Source: an uncultured Bacteroidales bacterium
GTDB taxonomy: Bacteria > Bacteroidota > Bacteroidia > Bacteroidales > UBA4417
NCBI GenBank assembly: GCA_937889945.1
Contig: CALBZC010000026.1
Location: forward strand, 64,871 to 128,870
DNA length: 64,000 bases
Direction: 5' to 3'
In this document: in pieces, positions 17,682 to 27,754 of the stretch
How the letters are laid out: each line of letters opens with the position of its first letter
How positions within the stretch are numbered: position 1 is the stretch's first letter
Position numbers and translations under genes: made by a program
Notes under the pieces: generated by a model
Told to the model about the DNA's origin: nothing
Seen by the model: only the letters and a program-made list of their open reading frames with translations
The model's database searches: none

Positions 17682-18236
17682 GATGCCAATACAATGAAAT
17701 GATAAATCTAAGTCTTTTAAAAAATTATCTTCTTTCGGATTAGTATATTCCCCTTTTTCCTTATGATAGAAGTAAAATAACGGAGCAATGGGTGTAAAAC
17801 CCGCTCTGAAGTAAAAATTGTTTCCCGGCTTTTGAAATTTGTATCCTATCCTTATATTGGAAAGCATTCTCATCTCTTCGAAGTCAGCCACCTCATTATT
17901 ATATGTTTTTTTAGATATTTGATGATTTAATCCAAATCCCACACCAAATTCCATGTGATGACTCTTCATTTTATCCGTTGTATAATTTATCCCAAATGGA
18001 ATATTAAACCCATTTATATCATATCCTAAATATCTTCCATAACCTATGGATACATCCAAATATGAATCTTTAAATTCCTTTACTATGTAATTAGCATTAA
18101 TAGAAAATACTGTTGCCGAATTTCCAAGTATTTCAAAATAAACCGCAGCTCCTCTTCCTAAAATCTTTGTAGTGTCCTGTGCATAGGATACGTTTAAAAT
18201 AAATAAAAAAATTAAACATATTGCAATTTTTCTCAT
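17661..18236 (-). CDS. secreted protein, probable small outer-membrane beta-barrel
   Basis: Signal peptide MRKIAICLIFLFILNVSYAQ. Alternating aromatic/Gly-rich beta-strand pattern, ending in F. Confidence 0.5.
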   Translation of the reverse strand: MRKIAICLIFLFILNVSYAQDTTKILGRGAAVYFEILGNSATVFSINANYIVKEFKDSYLDVSIGYGRYLGYDINGFNIPFGINYTTDKMKSHHMEFGVGFGLNHQISKKTYNNEVADFEEMRMLSNIRIGYKFQKPGNNFYFRAGFTPIAPLFYFYHKEKGEYTNPKEDNFLKDLDLSFHCIGISVGFSF

Positions 18237-18642
18237 CTAAAAATTTATTAATTACCTCTGTTTAAGCACTAAACTAAACAATAACACAAATATAATAAAT
18301 AGTTAGATTTTAAAAAATAATTTCTCACATTTTGATTATTTTTAAGATTCTTTTCATTACTCATCTACTTTTGTCTTGATTTATTCACGCATGGTTTGTT
18401 TAAAATGTGTTCATGAAAACGCTACGCTATGTTTCTTTGTTCCCTTTCTTGCATCAACCAAACTACACGAAGTGTAATGAGCTTGCTGACCACCTTTAAA
18501 ATAATGAAGCAACCAAGAAAAGATGTGGGGTTTGGGGCAAAGCCCCATTAGGTAAATAGAATGAATAAAGAAAAAGAACATTTTTATGCCATACATGACA
18601 TGAAACTTGGTACTTATTTTTTAAACTTTACTAAGCTTAATA

Positions 18643-18678
18643 TAAAAACCCATGCTAAAAATTTAACATGGGTTTAAA
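18643..18678 (-). terminator. rho-independent terminator downstream of TonB-dependent receptor 1
   Basis: AACCCATG (18647-18654) / CATGGGTT (18667-18674) with a 12-nt loop. On the minus strand the hairpin is followed by TTTTTAT. Confidence 0.55.
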
Positions 18679-18701
18679 AAACTAACTAACCAATCACTAA
18701 T

Positions 18702-21002
18702 CTATAATGATATCTTTAATCCTACAAACAAGGTGCGTGGCAATGAAGGTCCATACACGTACTTAGAATCACGTTTTTCGCCTTTGTCAAAATCTTTCTG
18801 ATAGCTGTTGAACATGTTTTTAATACCTCCGTTCAATTCAAGTTTCATTTGGTTGAGGATATTAAACTCATATCCTATTTTAGCATTTAAATCGAAGAAT
18901 GGATCGGTTTCTTTCTCAACACTCTTTGGAATGTATGCTTCAGGTCCGCCTGTATGTTGCACAAGCATACTTCCCGTGTAAGTTCCCGAAAGTGAAATAT
19001 CAAATGTTTTAAACGGATTATAGTCGATGGTAATAAAACCATAATTATTAGGAGAACGGAACATGGTGCGCTGAGGTTGTAAATCCGCATCTTCACTCCA
19101 TTTTTCAGGCTTAGCATATTTACTTGTTTGGAAAGTCATTCCCATTTGCACCTGAAAATCTCTTCCATGTGCTACTTTTGCTTCTATGTTGATACCTTTT
19201 ACTACAGCACCTGATGCATTCCTACGTTCAAGCTTTAGATTACCGTCAGCATCTTTACCTATTTCTTCAAGTTTAAATACTTTATCCAAATCGGTGTAAA
19301 ACCCTTCAATCAAAAGATTGGTAGAGATATGACCGAAGTTTTTATTAAAATCAACCGAACCGCTGACACTTTGCGATTTTTCGGGCTCTAAATCCGAGGC
19401 GTTAGAGATAAGAGACACCTCTCCTCCTACGGCTGCCACGTGTAAATCTTCATCAAATGTTTGGGGAGCCCTGAAACCCGTAGAATAGCTAGCCCTGAAA
19501 GCTACAAGCTCGTTGAGAGAATAACGTAAATTAACACGCGGACTAAAAATCATATCTTTAATCATATCATGCTTATCTAAACGAAAGCCCAATAAAACAC
19601 TAATGTCTTTTCTTTTCCATTCATTCTGCAAAAAGAAACTGCCTATATTTATTTCTTGGTCTATACTTCTGTGGTAACCCGGCATTTCATCCTTAAGGTG
19701 ATTGTAGCTGTATTCTATGCCGGCAGTAAGATCGGCAGGTAAAAACAAAAGTTTGTCCATGCTGTAGTTATATTGTGTTCCTGCAACAAAGGTTTTATCT
19801 TTTGTAGTTCCATAGGCAGCGGTGTCTCTGCCTGCCCCGTAATAACTTTTGCGGTCAATAAACTGGGTAGAGCCAAAAATGCTAAGTCTGTGTTTATTGT
19901 CTTTGCTGAAGAAATCATACTTTAAACCACCCGTGTTCACGTCATGCTCCGTTTGCTCTGCAATATCGGCTTGGTGCGGAGGCAAGTCCAACTTGTTGCC
20001 ACCCCGACGAAACTCGTACAAATTGTGATATTCTACTGAAATTTTACTGTAATCGTTTAACCTGTAATATCCTCTGAAACCTACATTTTTAAGGTTCACT
20101 TTTCCTATTTCCGAAAATCCGTCATCATCATAATCAAAAGCCGCACGCTGACGCGTAGAACCAAAAAGGACAACGCCAACCCTGTAATCCTGGCTCACGA
20201 TGGAAGCATTTATATTTGTATTTACATCAGGGGTTTTGCCGTTGATAAAATTTGTTGAGTTTGCAATGCTCACTGCATTAGCGTTAGGTTCTTTGGTAAT
20301 AATGTTAATGGTTCCGCCAATGGCGTTTGAACCGAAAATTGCGGAGCCTCCTCCTCTTACAACTTCAACACGTTCAATCATGTTCACCGGAATTTGCTCT
20401 ATTCCATACACACCTGCCAACGCGCTGAAAATAGGACGGCTGTCAATCAATATTTGTGAATAAGTACCTTCCAAACCGTTCATGCGCACTTGCTGAAAGC
20501 CGCAGTTCTGGCAGTTGGTTTCTATTCTTAATCCCGGCTGATAACTTAATCCTTGAGCCAGACAAACCGAACTTGTGCGGTCAAACAGTTTGGGAGTAAG
20601 AACATTCACAATAGTGGGAGCTTCCTTACGTTTGGTTTCATTCCGGTTTGCCGAAACCACAACGCCTTCCAAGTCTAAAGAAGCTTCTTCAATTAAAAAG
20701 TTAAGCTCTATGGTTTTCCCCGGTTCAAGCACAACTTCTTTTTCATCGCTTTTGTATCCTACTCCCGAAACCATAAGAGTGAGCTTACCTTTGGGAAGAT
20801 TTTTAATGAAGTAGTGCCCTGAAGCATCAGTATAAACGGCGTTGGTAGTGCCTTTTACCGAAACTGTGATAAAAGGCAAATGCTCCTGAGTTTTTGCATT
20901 AATAACGTGCCCGTTTACATTCGCATCCGTTTTTGTTTTCTGCGAAAATGCCATTACTGAGCACAACAGCATCAGCATTAAAAAAACATTTAATTTTTTC
21001 AT
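18702..21002 (-). CDS. TonB-dependent receptor with N-terminal carboxypeptidase-regulatory-like domain (copy 1)
   Basis: 766 aa. Signal peptide, CarboxypepD_reg-like domain (VNGHVINAKTQEHLPFITVSVKGT), plug (ERVEVVRGGGSAIFGSNAIGGTINIITKEP) and a 22-strand-type barrel. Paralog of 21587-23881. Confidence 0.9.
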   Translation of the reverse strand: MKKLNVFLMLMLLCSVMAFSQKTKTDANVNGHVINAKTQEHLPFITVSVKGTTNAVYTDASGHYFIKNLPKGKLTLMVSGVGYKSDEKEVVLEPGKTIELNFLIEEASLDLEGVVVSANRNETKRKEAPTIVNVLTPKLFDRTSSVCLAQGLSYQPGLRIETNCQNCGFQQVRMNGLEGTYSQILIDSRPIFSALAGVYGIEQIPVNMIERVEVVRGGGSAIFGSNAIGGTINIITKEPNANAVSIANSTNFINGKTPDVNTNINASIVSQDYRVGVVLFGSTRQRAAFDYDDDGFSEIGKVNLKNVGFRGYYRLNDYSKISVEYHNLYEFRRGGNKLDLPPHQADIAEQTEHDVNTGGLKYDFFSKDNKHRLSIFGSTQFIDRKSYYGAGRDTAAYGTTKDKTFVAGTQYNYSMDKLLFLPADLTAGIEYSYNHLKDEMPGYHRSIDQEINIGSFFLQNEWKRKDISVLLGFRLDKHDMIKDMIFSPRVNLRYSLNELVAFRASYSTGFRAPQTFDEDLHVAAVGGEVSLISNASDLEPEKSQSVSGSVDFNKNFGHISTNLLIEGFYTDLDKVFKLEEIGKDADGNLKLERRNASGAVVKGINIEAKVAHGRDFQVQMGMTFQTSKYAKPEKWSEDADLQPQRTMFRSPNNYGFITIDYNPFKTFDISLSGTYTGSMLVQHTGGPEAYIPKSVEKETDPFFDLNAKIGYEFNILNQMKLELNGGIKNMFNSYQKDFDKGEKRDSKYVYGPSLPRTLFVGLKISL

Positions 21003-21089
21003 ACGTAATTATTTAATAATATTAATAAAATTTGCATTAGAAGTAATACCGCGTATTTCCACATGAAGGCTTTTGCCTTATCTTTGATA

Positions 21090-21434
21090 CTAAGCCTTGT
21101 AAGGTGGCGGACGTTGCAAACTGATAAGGATAGACCCATCAGATAGTTGTTTGGTTTGTACGCGGCAAAATAGGGAGTGTATAAATTCCGGTAGGTTTTT
21201 AAATGCAAATAAAAATGATATGCTCAAAGAAAAAATCAAATGCGCCAGCACCTGTATGGCAACATATGCGCCATCGCTATGGTGGTGGGCTGATTGCTTG
21301 TTGAAAGGATGTGAATGTGTGATGGTTACCCCATCAATGGTGTGTGTATGATTAAAAAATAACGTGCTGCCGCAATAGCCTGCAAAAAGCAGCAACAACG
21401 ACAATGATAATATGACATGTAATTTTTTTTTCAC
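21090..21434 (-). CDS. small His-cluster membrane protein (copy 1), unknown family
   Basis: 114 aa with a GTG start and no internal Met. N-terminal TM helix, conserved HTHTIDGVTITHSHPF..HHHSDGAYVAIQ, a second TM helix, and a C-terminal RPPP. Paralog at 24081-24434 in the same position relative to a TBDR. Confidence 0.6.
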   Translation of the reverse strand: MKKKLHVILSLSLLLLFAGYCGSTLFFNHTHTIDGVTITHSHPFNKQSAHHHSDGAYVAIQVLAHLIFSLSISFLFAFKNLPEFIHSLFCRVQTKQLSDGSILISLQRPPPYKA

Positions 21435-21477
21435 GTTATTTTTATGTGTTAAATGGCGCTATAATAAAAATGAAAAG

Positions 21478-21548
21478 AAAAAAAGCCGGAAATCTGAATT
21501 CCATCTCTTTTATGTAAAAATAAATTTGACTTCTATTCATTTTCCGGC
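21478..21548 (-). terminator. possible terminator between the two TBDR modules
   Basis: GCCGGAAA (21485-21492) / TTTCCGGC (21541-21548). On the minus strand it is followed by TTTTTTTCTTTTC. The 48-nt loop is unusually large. Confidence 0.3.
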
Positions 21549-21586
21549 AATCTTTACAAAACCAATTAACTATTAACCAATTATTT

Positions 21587-23881
21587 TTATATACTCAATT
21601 TAATTCCTGCAAAATAGGTGCGAGGCAAAGCGGGACCATAGATATAGGTCGCGTCACGTTTCACACCTTTGTCGAAATCATTTTGGTAACTGTTGAATAT
21701 GTTTTTAATACCCGCATCAAACTTTAATCTTATCTGGTCGAACACGTTTATTTCATAACCCAGTTTAAAACCTAAATCAAAGAAGGGATCCGTTTCTTTT
21801 TCCTCACTCTTGGCTATATACGAATCTTTTCCTCCCTTGTGAGGCACTATCATGCTGCCCGTATAAGTTCCCGACAAAGAAATATCAAATTTCTTGATGG
21901 GAGAATAATCTACGGTTAGATACCCATATTGGTTAGGTGTTCTCAAAAAGCGCAAACGAGGCGCTATATCATCATCCCATTTTTCGGGAAGTTCTTTATA
22001 TTCGCTTTTTTGAAGTGTTAATCCCATTTGCACTTGCAAATTATTACCATGCGCCAATTTAGCTTCAAGGTTCACACCTTTTACCTCAGCACCCGAACCG
22101 TTTGTTCTTTCAAGTATGTAATTACCATGTGCGTCCTCGCCTTTGGGATTATTTACGAACACATCGCGCAAATCAGTATAAAAACCTTCAATAAGTAAGT
22201 TGGTTGAGATGTGATCGAATGTTTTGTATAAATCTACTGAAGCGCTATAACTGTATGACTTTTCGGGTTTAAGATTAGGATCTTGTATAATATATCTCAC
22301 TTTACCGTCTAATTGCTCAATATGTAAATCCTCGTCAAATACCTGTGGCGCCCTGAAACCGCTTGAAAAGCTTCCGCGAAGGGTCATAAATTCAAGTGGC
22401 GCATAGCGTAAGTTAACACGCGGACTGAACACCACTTTGTCCATTAAATTATGCTTATCCAACCTGAAGCCCAACAACAAACTCAATTCTTTATTTTTCC
22501 ATTCGTTTTGTAAAAATCCGGAGAAAATATGCACATCCTGATTTACGTGCTTGCCATAACCCTCCATGTGATCTTCAAGTTCATCATAGTTATATTCCAA
22601 TCCGGTAGTTAACTCGGCAGGCATAAACAAGAGCTTGTTCATGTTATATGAATACTGCCCGCCACCATCAAATGTTTTACCTATGGAATTGCCGTAAGCA
22701 TTAGGGTCTTTTTCAGCGCCGTAATAGCTTTTGCGGTTTATTTTTTGCGCCGATGTAAATAATGAAAATCTATGCACGTTATCTTTGGAGAAAAAGTCAT
22801 ATTTTAATCCTCCCGAATTGATATCATGTTCGATTTGTTCTGCAATATTGGCTTGATGCGCAGGAAGGTCGAGGCTGTCACCCCCGCGACGAAACTCATG
22901 AATGGTATGATACTCAATTGAGAGTTTACTATAGTCGCTGGTTCTGTAATATGCCCTGAAACCCACGTTTTTCATGTTTATCTTGCTAATTTCGCTATAG
23001 CCGTCGCCATCGTGGTCATAAGCATCGCGCTGGCGTGCCGCACCAAACAGTACCAAGCCTGCTTTATAGTCGGATGACACGATTGAGGTATTGAAAGATG
23101 TATTAAAATCAGTAGTTTCGCCACCCATTAAACTTGTGGTATGCGATACTTCGCCTGAATTTGAATTAGGTTCTTTGGTGATAATATTAACCGTTCCGGC
23201 AATAGCATTTGAGCCGAATATGGCAGAACCGCCTCCGCGCAACACTTCTACACGTTCAATCATGTTCACGGGAATTTGCTCCAAGCCATACACTCCTGCC
23301 AAAGCGCTGAAAATAGGACGACTGTCAATTAATATTTGTGAATATGTTCCGGCTAAACCGTTCATACGCAACTGTTGTGTGCCGCAGTTTTGGCAGTTGG
23401 TTTCAACCCGTAAACCCGGCTGAAAATTTAAACCCTGTCCTAAGCACACACTGCTGGTTTTTTCAAGCACTTTGGGCGTTAACACGTTAATAATTGCCGG
23501 CGCTTCTTTGCGTTTAGTCTCGTTCCTGTTTGCCGAAATTACCACACCTTCCAAATCCAGCATCGTTTGCTCGGTTTCAAAATTCACCTCTATGGTTTTA
23601 TCTTTTTCCATCACCACTTCTTTTTCCACTGATTTATATCCCACGCCGGATACCATAAGGGTAACTTTCCCTAACGGAAGATTTTTCATAAAATAGTGCC
23701 CTGACGCATCAGTTGCAACCGCATTGGTGGTACCTTTTATTGAAATAGTCATAAAAGGTAAATGTTCTTTTGTTTTTGTATCAACAACGTGCCCCTGCAC
23801 ATTGGCATCTGTTTTTACTCTTTGCGAAAATCCTTGTAAAGAGCAAAACAATACCGCTATAAGTATATATATTTTCTTCAT
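21587..23881 (-). CDS. TonB-dependent receptor with N-terminal carboxypeptidase-regulatory-like domain (copy 2)
   Basis: 764 aa, collinear with 18702-21002 over the full length with long identical blocks (for example SSVCL.QGL..QPGLR.ETNCQNCG and IDSRPIFSALAGVYG.EQIPVNMIERVEV). Confidence 0.9.
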   Translation of the reverse strand: MKKIYILIAVLFCSLQGFSQRVKTDANVQGHVVDTKTKEHLPFMTISIKGTTNAVATDASGHYFMKNLPLGKVTLMVSGVGYKSVEKEVVMEKDKTIEVNFETEQTMLDLEGVVISANRNETKRKEAPAIINVLTPKVLEKTSSVCLGQGLNFQPGLRVETNCQNCGTQQLRMNGLAGTYSQILIDSRPIFSALAGVYGLEQIPVNMIERVEVLRGGGSAIFGSNAIAGTVNIITKEPNSNSGEVSHTTSLMGGETTDFNTSFNTSIVSSDYKAGLVLFGAARQRDAYDHDGDGYSEISKINMKNVGFRAYYRTSDYSKLSIEYHTIHEFRRGGDSLDLPAHQANIAEQIEHDINSGGLKYDFFSKDNVHRFSLFTSAQKINRKSYYGAEKDPNAYGNSIGKTFDGGGQYSYNMNKLLFMPAELTTGLEYNYDELEDHMEGYGKHVNQDVHIFSGFLQNEWKNKELSLLLGFRLDKHNLMDKVVFSPRVNLRYAPLEFMTLRGSFSSGFRAPQVFDEDLHIEQLDGKVRYIIQDPNLKPEKSYSYSASVDLYKTFDHISTNLLIEGFYTDLRDVFVNNPKGEDAHGNYILERTNGSGAEVKGVNLEAKLAHGNNLQVQMGLTLQKSEYKELPEKWDDDIAPRLRFLRTPNQYGYLTVDYSPIKKFDISLSGTYTGSMIVPHKGGKDSYIAKSEEKETDPFFDLGFKLGYEINVFDQIRLKFDAGIKNIFNSYQNDFDKGVKRDATYIYGPALPRTYFAGIKLSI

Positions 23882-24080
23882 GTATTTTTAATTTTGTAAA
23901 TATTTGAGGTATAAATTGTTACATGCGTATTGAAGTATATTTGATTATTTTTATCATAACCTATGAATTACGATAAAAGCCAAACTACAACAGCAACGTA
24001 TAAATCAGTAACGCTTACCTTGATTTAATAAATATGAAATTGGGGAATTTCCCTCACATTATAAGGGCTTTCATAAAAAT

Positions 24081-24434
24081 TTAGATGCTGCGCCATGCTA
24101 CAGGGGGAGCACGCAACAAATAAATAAACCTCCTGTATGACGTCAAACGGGTAGTTTCCCATTTGATGCTGAGAAAATTTACAAACGGATGTAAGAAAAG
24201 AAAAGTTGCAAATAATGCGGTAAACGTTAGCGCCAAGGTGTTGAAAAACTGTATCGCTACGTAAGCATCTTCGCTATGGTTGTGGTTTGAGGTCTTAAAA
24301 GGATGCGAATGCACAACCGTGGTGCCGTTAACCACATGGGTATGATAAAAAAAGCTAACACTACCGTAGTACCCGATAAACAGGAACAACAAATAAAAAC
24401 GTAATGTTTTTTGTAGTTTAGCGTTTAATTTCAA
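24081..24434 (-). CDS. small His-cluster membrane protein (copy 2), unknown family
   Basis: 117 aa with a TTG start and no internal Met. YHTHVVNGTTVVHSHPF..HNHSEDAYVAIQ, two TM helices, and C-terminal RAPP. Confidence 0.6.
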   Translation of the reverse strand: MKLNAKLQKTLRFYLLFLFIGYYGSVSFFYHTHVVNGTTVVHSHPFKTSNHNHSEDAYVAIQFFNTLALTFTALFATFLFLHPFVNFLSIKWETTRLTSYRRFIYLLRAPPVAWRSI

Positions 24435-24728
24435 GATGTTTAGTTTTAAATTTTTTGCAAAGGTATTTCTATTTATAATAATTCCAAATAAATAAGTAAA
24501 AAAAGTACAGTTTTTCTTAATCTAATTTTTTGATATCATATCATCTTTACAAAAAGTCATTTGATATTAATGAATAGGAAAATAGTATTCGCCGGTTTCT
24601 TAAAATATACTAAAAGCCGACTTTTGTAAAGTTTTCAAATAATAAGTGTTAATAAATAAACGTTAATTTGTATAATAAAAGCACTTTATAAGTATATTTT
24701 TACAGGTTTATTATAATTCATCATAAAA

Positions 24729-27700
24729 ATGAGTAAATTTTTTCGTTTCATTTTATTTTCTTTCACGCTGCTTTGCCTAAACACTTATGGTTTAAGGGCA
24801 CAGCAAACCGTGAACCCTTACCAGGAACGCCAACTTTATGAAAAGGCTTACGATTTATATACAAAAGCAAAGTATGCTTCTGCCATTCCTATATTTGAAC
24901 AAGCTGCCAAGTCCACAGATATACAACTGAAAGCAGATGCGGAGTACTACGCAGCGCTTTGTGCCTTACAGCTCAATCATCCCTCAGCTGAGCAAAAGTT
25001 TGTGCGGTTTTTAGCCAAATATCCTCAGCATATCCAAAAAAATAATGTGCATATAGAGCTTGTTAAATACCAGATAGCACATAATAACCACAAAGAAGCA
25101 CTTAAAAATCTTGAAAAAATAGACAAAAGCAGCCTCAACGAAGCCCAGCTAAACGAATACTATTTCAATCTGGGTTATGCAAATTTTTTGGATAATTATT
25201 ACGAAACTGCAAAAGACAGTTTTGAACACCTTATTAATAAACCGAACAAATATAAAATTCCGGCAACTTACTATTATGCATATATTGCTTATCGCGAAGG
25301 CAGATACAACGAGGCTGTTACCTACTTCAAACAGGTTGAAAAAGACGATGCCTACGGCAAATACGTGAAATATTACCTGGCTCAGGTATATTCGCAACAA
25401 CATCGGTATGATGAAGTGTTGGAAATTACCCTTCCCCTTTTGGAAAAAGAACAATCAGAACAACGTACAGAATTATTGCGCCTTACTGCCGATGCTTATT
25501 TTCAGAAAGGGCAATATCAGGAAGCGCTGAGCTACCACGAGAAATATCTGGCAGCACTTCCGCAAAACATATCCCCTGTTGACCATTACGAAATTGGTTT
25601 TGAAAATTATTACCTCAAAAATTATGACGAAGCCGTAAAACATCTGCAAATGGCAACCGAAGCTACCGATACGGTGGCACAATATGCCTACTTTCACTTA
25701 GGCGACACCTATTTGAAAACCAAGCAAAACCGTTTCGCTCTCAACGCATTCAACTCCGCGTATAAACTTAAAAGCAACCCGCAGGTTACGGAAGAAGCCT
25801 TGTTTAACGTAGCAAAGCTATCTGCCGAATTTCCCGACAACGCTTATAACAATGCCACCAAAGCCTTGGTGCAGTATATTGAAGAGTATCCCGAATCACC
25901 TCGTATAGACGAAGCCTATGGCTACCTTGCCGATATTTATGCACTTACCAAAAACTACAAAAGCGCGCTGGCAAGTTTTGAAAAGATAAAGAAACGTAAC
26001 AGCGCATTGGATGCTTCTTATCAGCGCATTGCATTTTTCAGGGCGTTGGAGTTGTTTAATGAAAAAAACTACGACGAATCACTGCGATTGTTGCAGGAAG
26101 CTCAAGGCATTTCAAGCAATCCTTCACTTAAAGCCCTTTCATCTTATTGGATTGGCGAAATATACTACCGCAAAGGCGAATGGAATAAAGCGTTAGAAGC
26201 ATATAAAAAATTCAGCACAAGTGCAGCAGCGCGAAGCACGGATGTTTTTTACGAAACATATTATAACATGGGTTATGCATATTTTAAACTTAAAGATTAC
26301 ACCAGCGCTACCAGCACATTCCTCAAGTTTGTGGCATCACCCGGCACCGACCAGAAACAACTTTCAGATGCTTTCCTCCGCCTAGGCGATTGCAGCTTTA
26401 TGAATAAGAAGTATGATAACGCAATTGCATACTATCAAAAAGGCGTTGATCTCGAAAGCAAAGATAATTCATACGGACTGTACCAGATTGCCATGTGCCA
26501 TGGGGCGTTGGGCAATTTGGAAAAGAAAATAGTATTCCTGCAAAAAATTATTCAAGGTAAGGAAAAAGTAAGCTATGGCGATGACGCATTGTACGAAATG
26601 GCGCTTACATACAGCCTGCTAAACAGGGATAACATGGCTTTAACCTACTATCAAAAATTGCAAAAGGAATATCCTACCAGCATACACCTCAAAAAAGCAT
26701 TGTTGAAATCAGGATTGATTTACTACAATCAGAATAAAGATGACGAAGCGTTGGAGGCGTTGAAAAAAGCAGCCGAACAATACCCCGGCACAAGCGAATC
26801 TAATGATGCCTTGGCAAGCATAAAAAATATTTATGTGGAAAAAAACAAAGTGGACGACTATGTTGACTTTGCAAAGAAAATAGGAAAAAACAACATGGCG
26901 GATGTTGAGGCTGACTCGCTCACTTATATTGCTGCTGAAAATATTTATATGAATAACGATTGTGAAAAAGCAATTGCTTCATTTAATAAGTACCTTACTA
27001 AATATCCGGGTGGGGCTTTTGCTTTGCAGGCTGCATACTACAAAGCCGATTGCGAATATCGTGCAGGCAATGTGGATGATGCTTTAAAAAGTTATGAAAT
27101 AATACTGTCTCAGCCCAATTCGCGCTATACCGCTACTTCAGCTCAGCGCGCGGCAGCCATATATCAAAACAAAAACAATTGCGAAAAAGCGCTTACTTAT
27201 TATACCTTAATGAGCGATTTGGCAGAAGAAAATGTATTTAAAGTAGAAGCGCTGACAGGCAGCATGCGATGCAACTACAACATGCAGCGTTATGGCATAG
27301 CGGTTCAAAAAGCCCAACAACTTCTTGCTCTTGGCGATATTCCCAGCACCCTCACACAAGAAACCCATCTGATTATGGGAAAATCGGCATACGAGCTAAA
27401 AAATAAAGAGCTAGCGCAAAAAGAGTTTAACCAAACCATTAAAATAGCCCAAAACGAAAAAGCTGCCGAAGCAAAATATATGCTTTCGCAAATTTTATAT
27501 GATAACAATAAATTCGATGAAACAGAAAAGTCGCTACTGGCGCTTTCGGATAAATATTCATCATACGACTATTGGGTAGCTAAAGGATTTATATTGCTTA
27601 GCGATGTGTACGTGAAAAAGGGAAATGTTTTTCAGGCAAAAGAAACCCTTAAAAGTATTATAGATAACTATGAAGGCAATGATGAACTTGTGGTTACAGC

Positions 27701-27734
27701 TCGCGAAAAGCTTTCAAGGTTATCATCTAAATAA
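24729..27734 (+). CDS. large secreted tetratricopeptide-repeat protein
   Basis: 1001 aa. Signal peptide (LLCLNTYGLRAQQ), then TPR-like A/Y/L periodicity throughout (..YYxxGxxYYxxxxYxxAxxxF..). Confidence 0.75.
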   Translation: MSKFFRFILFSFTLLCLNTYGLRAQQTVNPYQERQLYEKAYDLYTKAKYASAIPIFEQAAKSTDIQLKADAEYYAALCALQLNHPSAEQKFVRFLAKYPQHIQKNNVHIELVKYQIAHNNHKEALKNLEKIDKSSLNEAQLNEYYFNLGYANFLDNYYETAKDSFEHLINKPNKYKIPATYYYAYIAYREGRYNEAVTYFKQVEKDDAYGKYVKYYLAQVYSQQHRYDEVLEITLPLLEKEQSEQRTELLRLTADAYFQKGQYQEALSYHEKYLAALPQNISPVDHYEIGFENYYLKNYDEAVKHLQMATEATDTVAQYAYFHLGDTYLKTKQNRFALNAFNSAYKLKSNPQVTEEALFNVAKLSAEFPDNAYNNATKALVQYIEEYPESPRIDEAYGYLADIYALTKNYKSALASFEKIKKRNSALDASYQRIAFFRALELFNEKNYDESLRLLQEAQGISSNPSLKALSSYWIGEIYYRKGEWNKALEAYKKFSTSAAARSTDVFYETYYNMGYAYFKLKDYTSATSTFLKFVASPGTDQKQLSDAFLRLGDCSFMNKKYDNAIAYYQKGVDLESKDNSYGLYQIAMCHGALGNLEKKIVFLQKIIQGKEKVSYGDDALYEMALTYSLLNRDNMALTYYQKLQKEYPTSIHLKKALLKSGLIYYNQNKDDEALEALKKAAEQYPGTSESNDALASIKNIYVEKNKVDDYVDFAKKIGKNNMADVEADSLTYIAAENIYMNNDCEKAIASFNKYLTKYPGGAFALQAAYYKADCEYRAGNVDDALKSYEIILSQPNSRYTATSAQRAAAIYQNKNNCEKALTYYTLMSDLAEENVFKVEALTGSMRCNYNMQRYGIAVQKAQQLLALGDIPSTLTQETHLIMGKSAYELKNKELAQKEFNQTIKIAQNEKAAEAKYMLSQILYDNNKFDETEKSLLALSDKYSSYDYWVAKGFILLSDVYVKKGNVFQAKETLKSIIDNYEGNDELVVTAREKLSRLSSK

Positions 27735-27754
27735 TTTTTAACACGATTGAAGTT

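Noticed and set aside
18411-18596. 61-aa minus-strand ORF and a small hairpin, TGGGGC-AAA-GCCCCA (18533-18547), in the intergenic region downstream of TBDR 1.
   Set aside because: It has no recognisable motif, no promoter box and no T-run after the hairpin. It might be a decayed gene fragment, but nothing supports a call.
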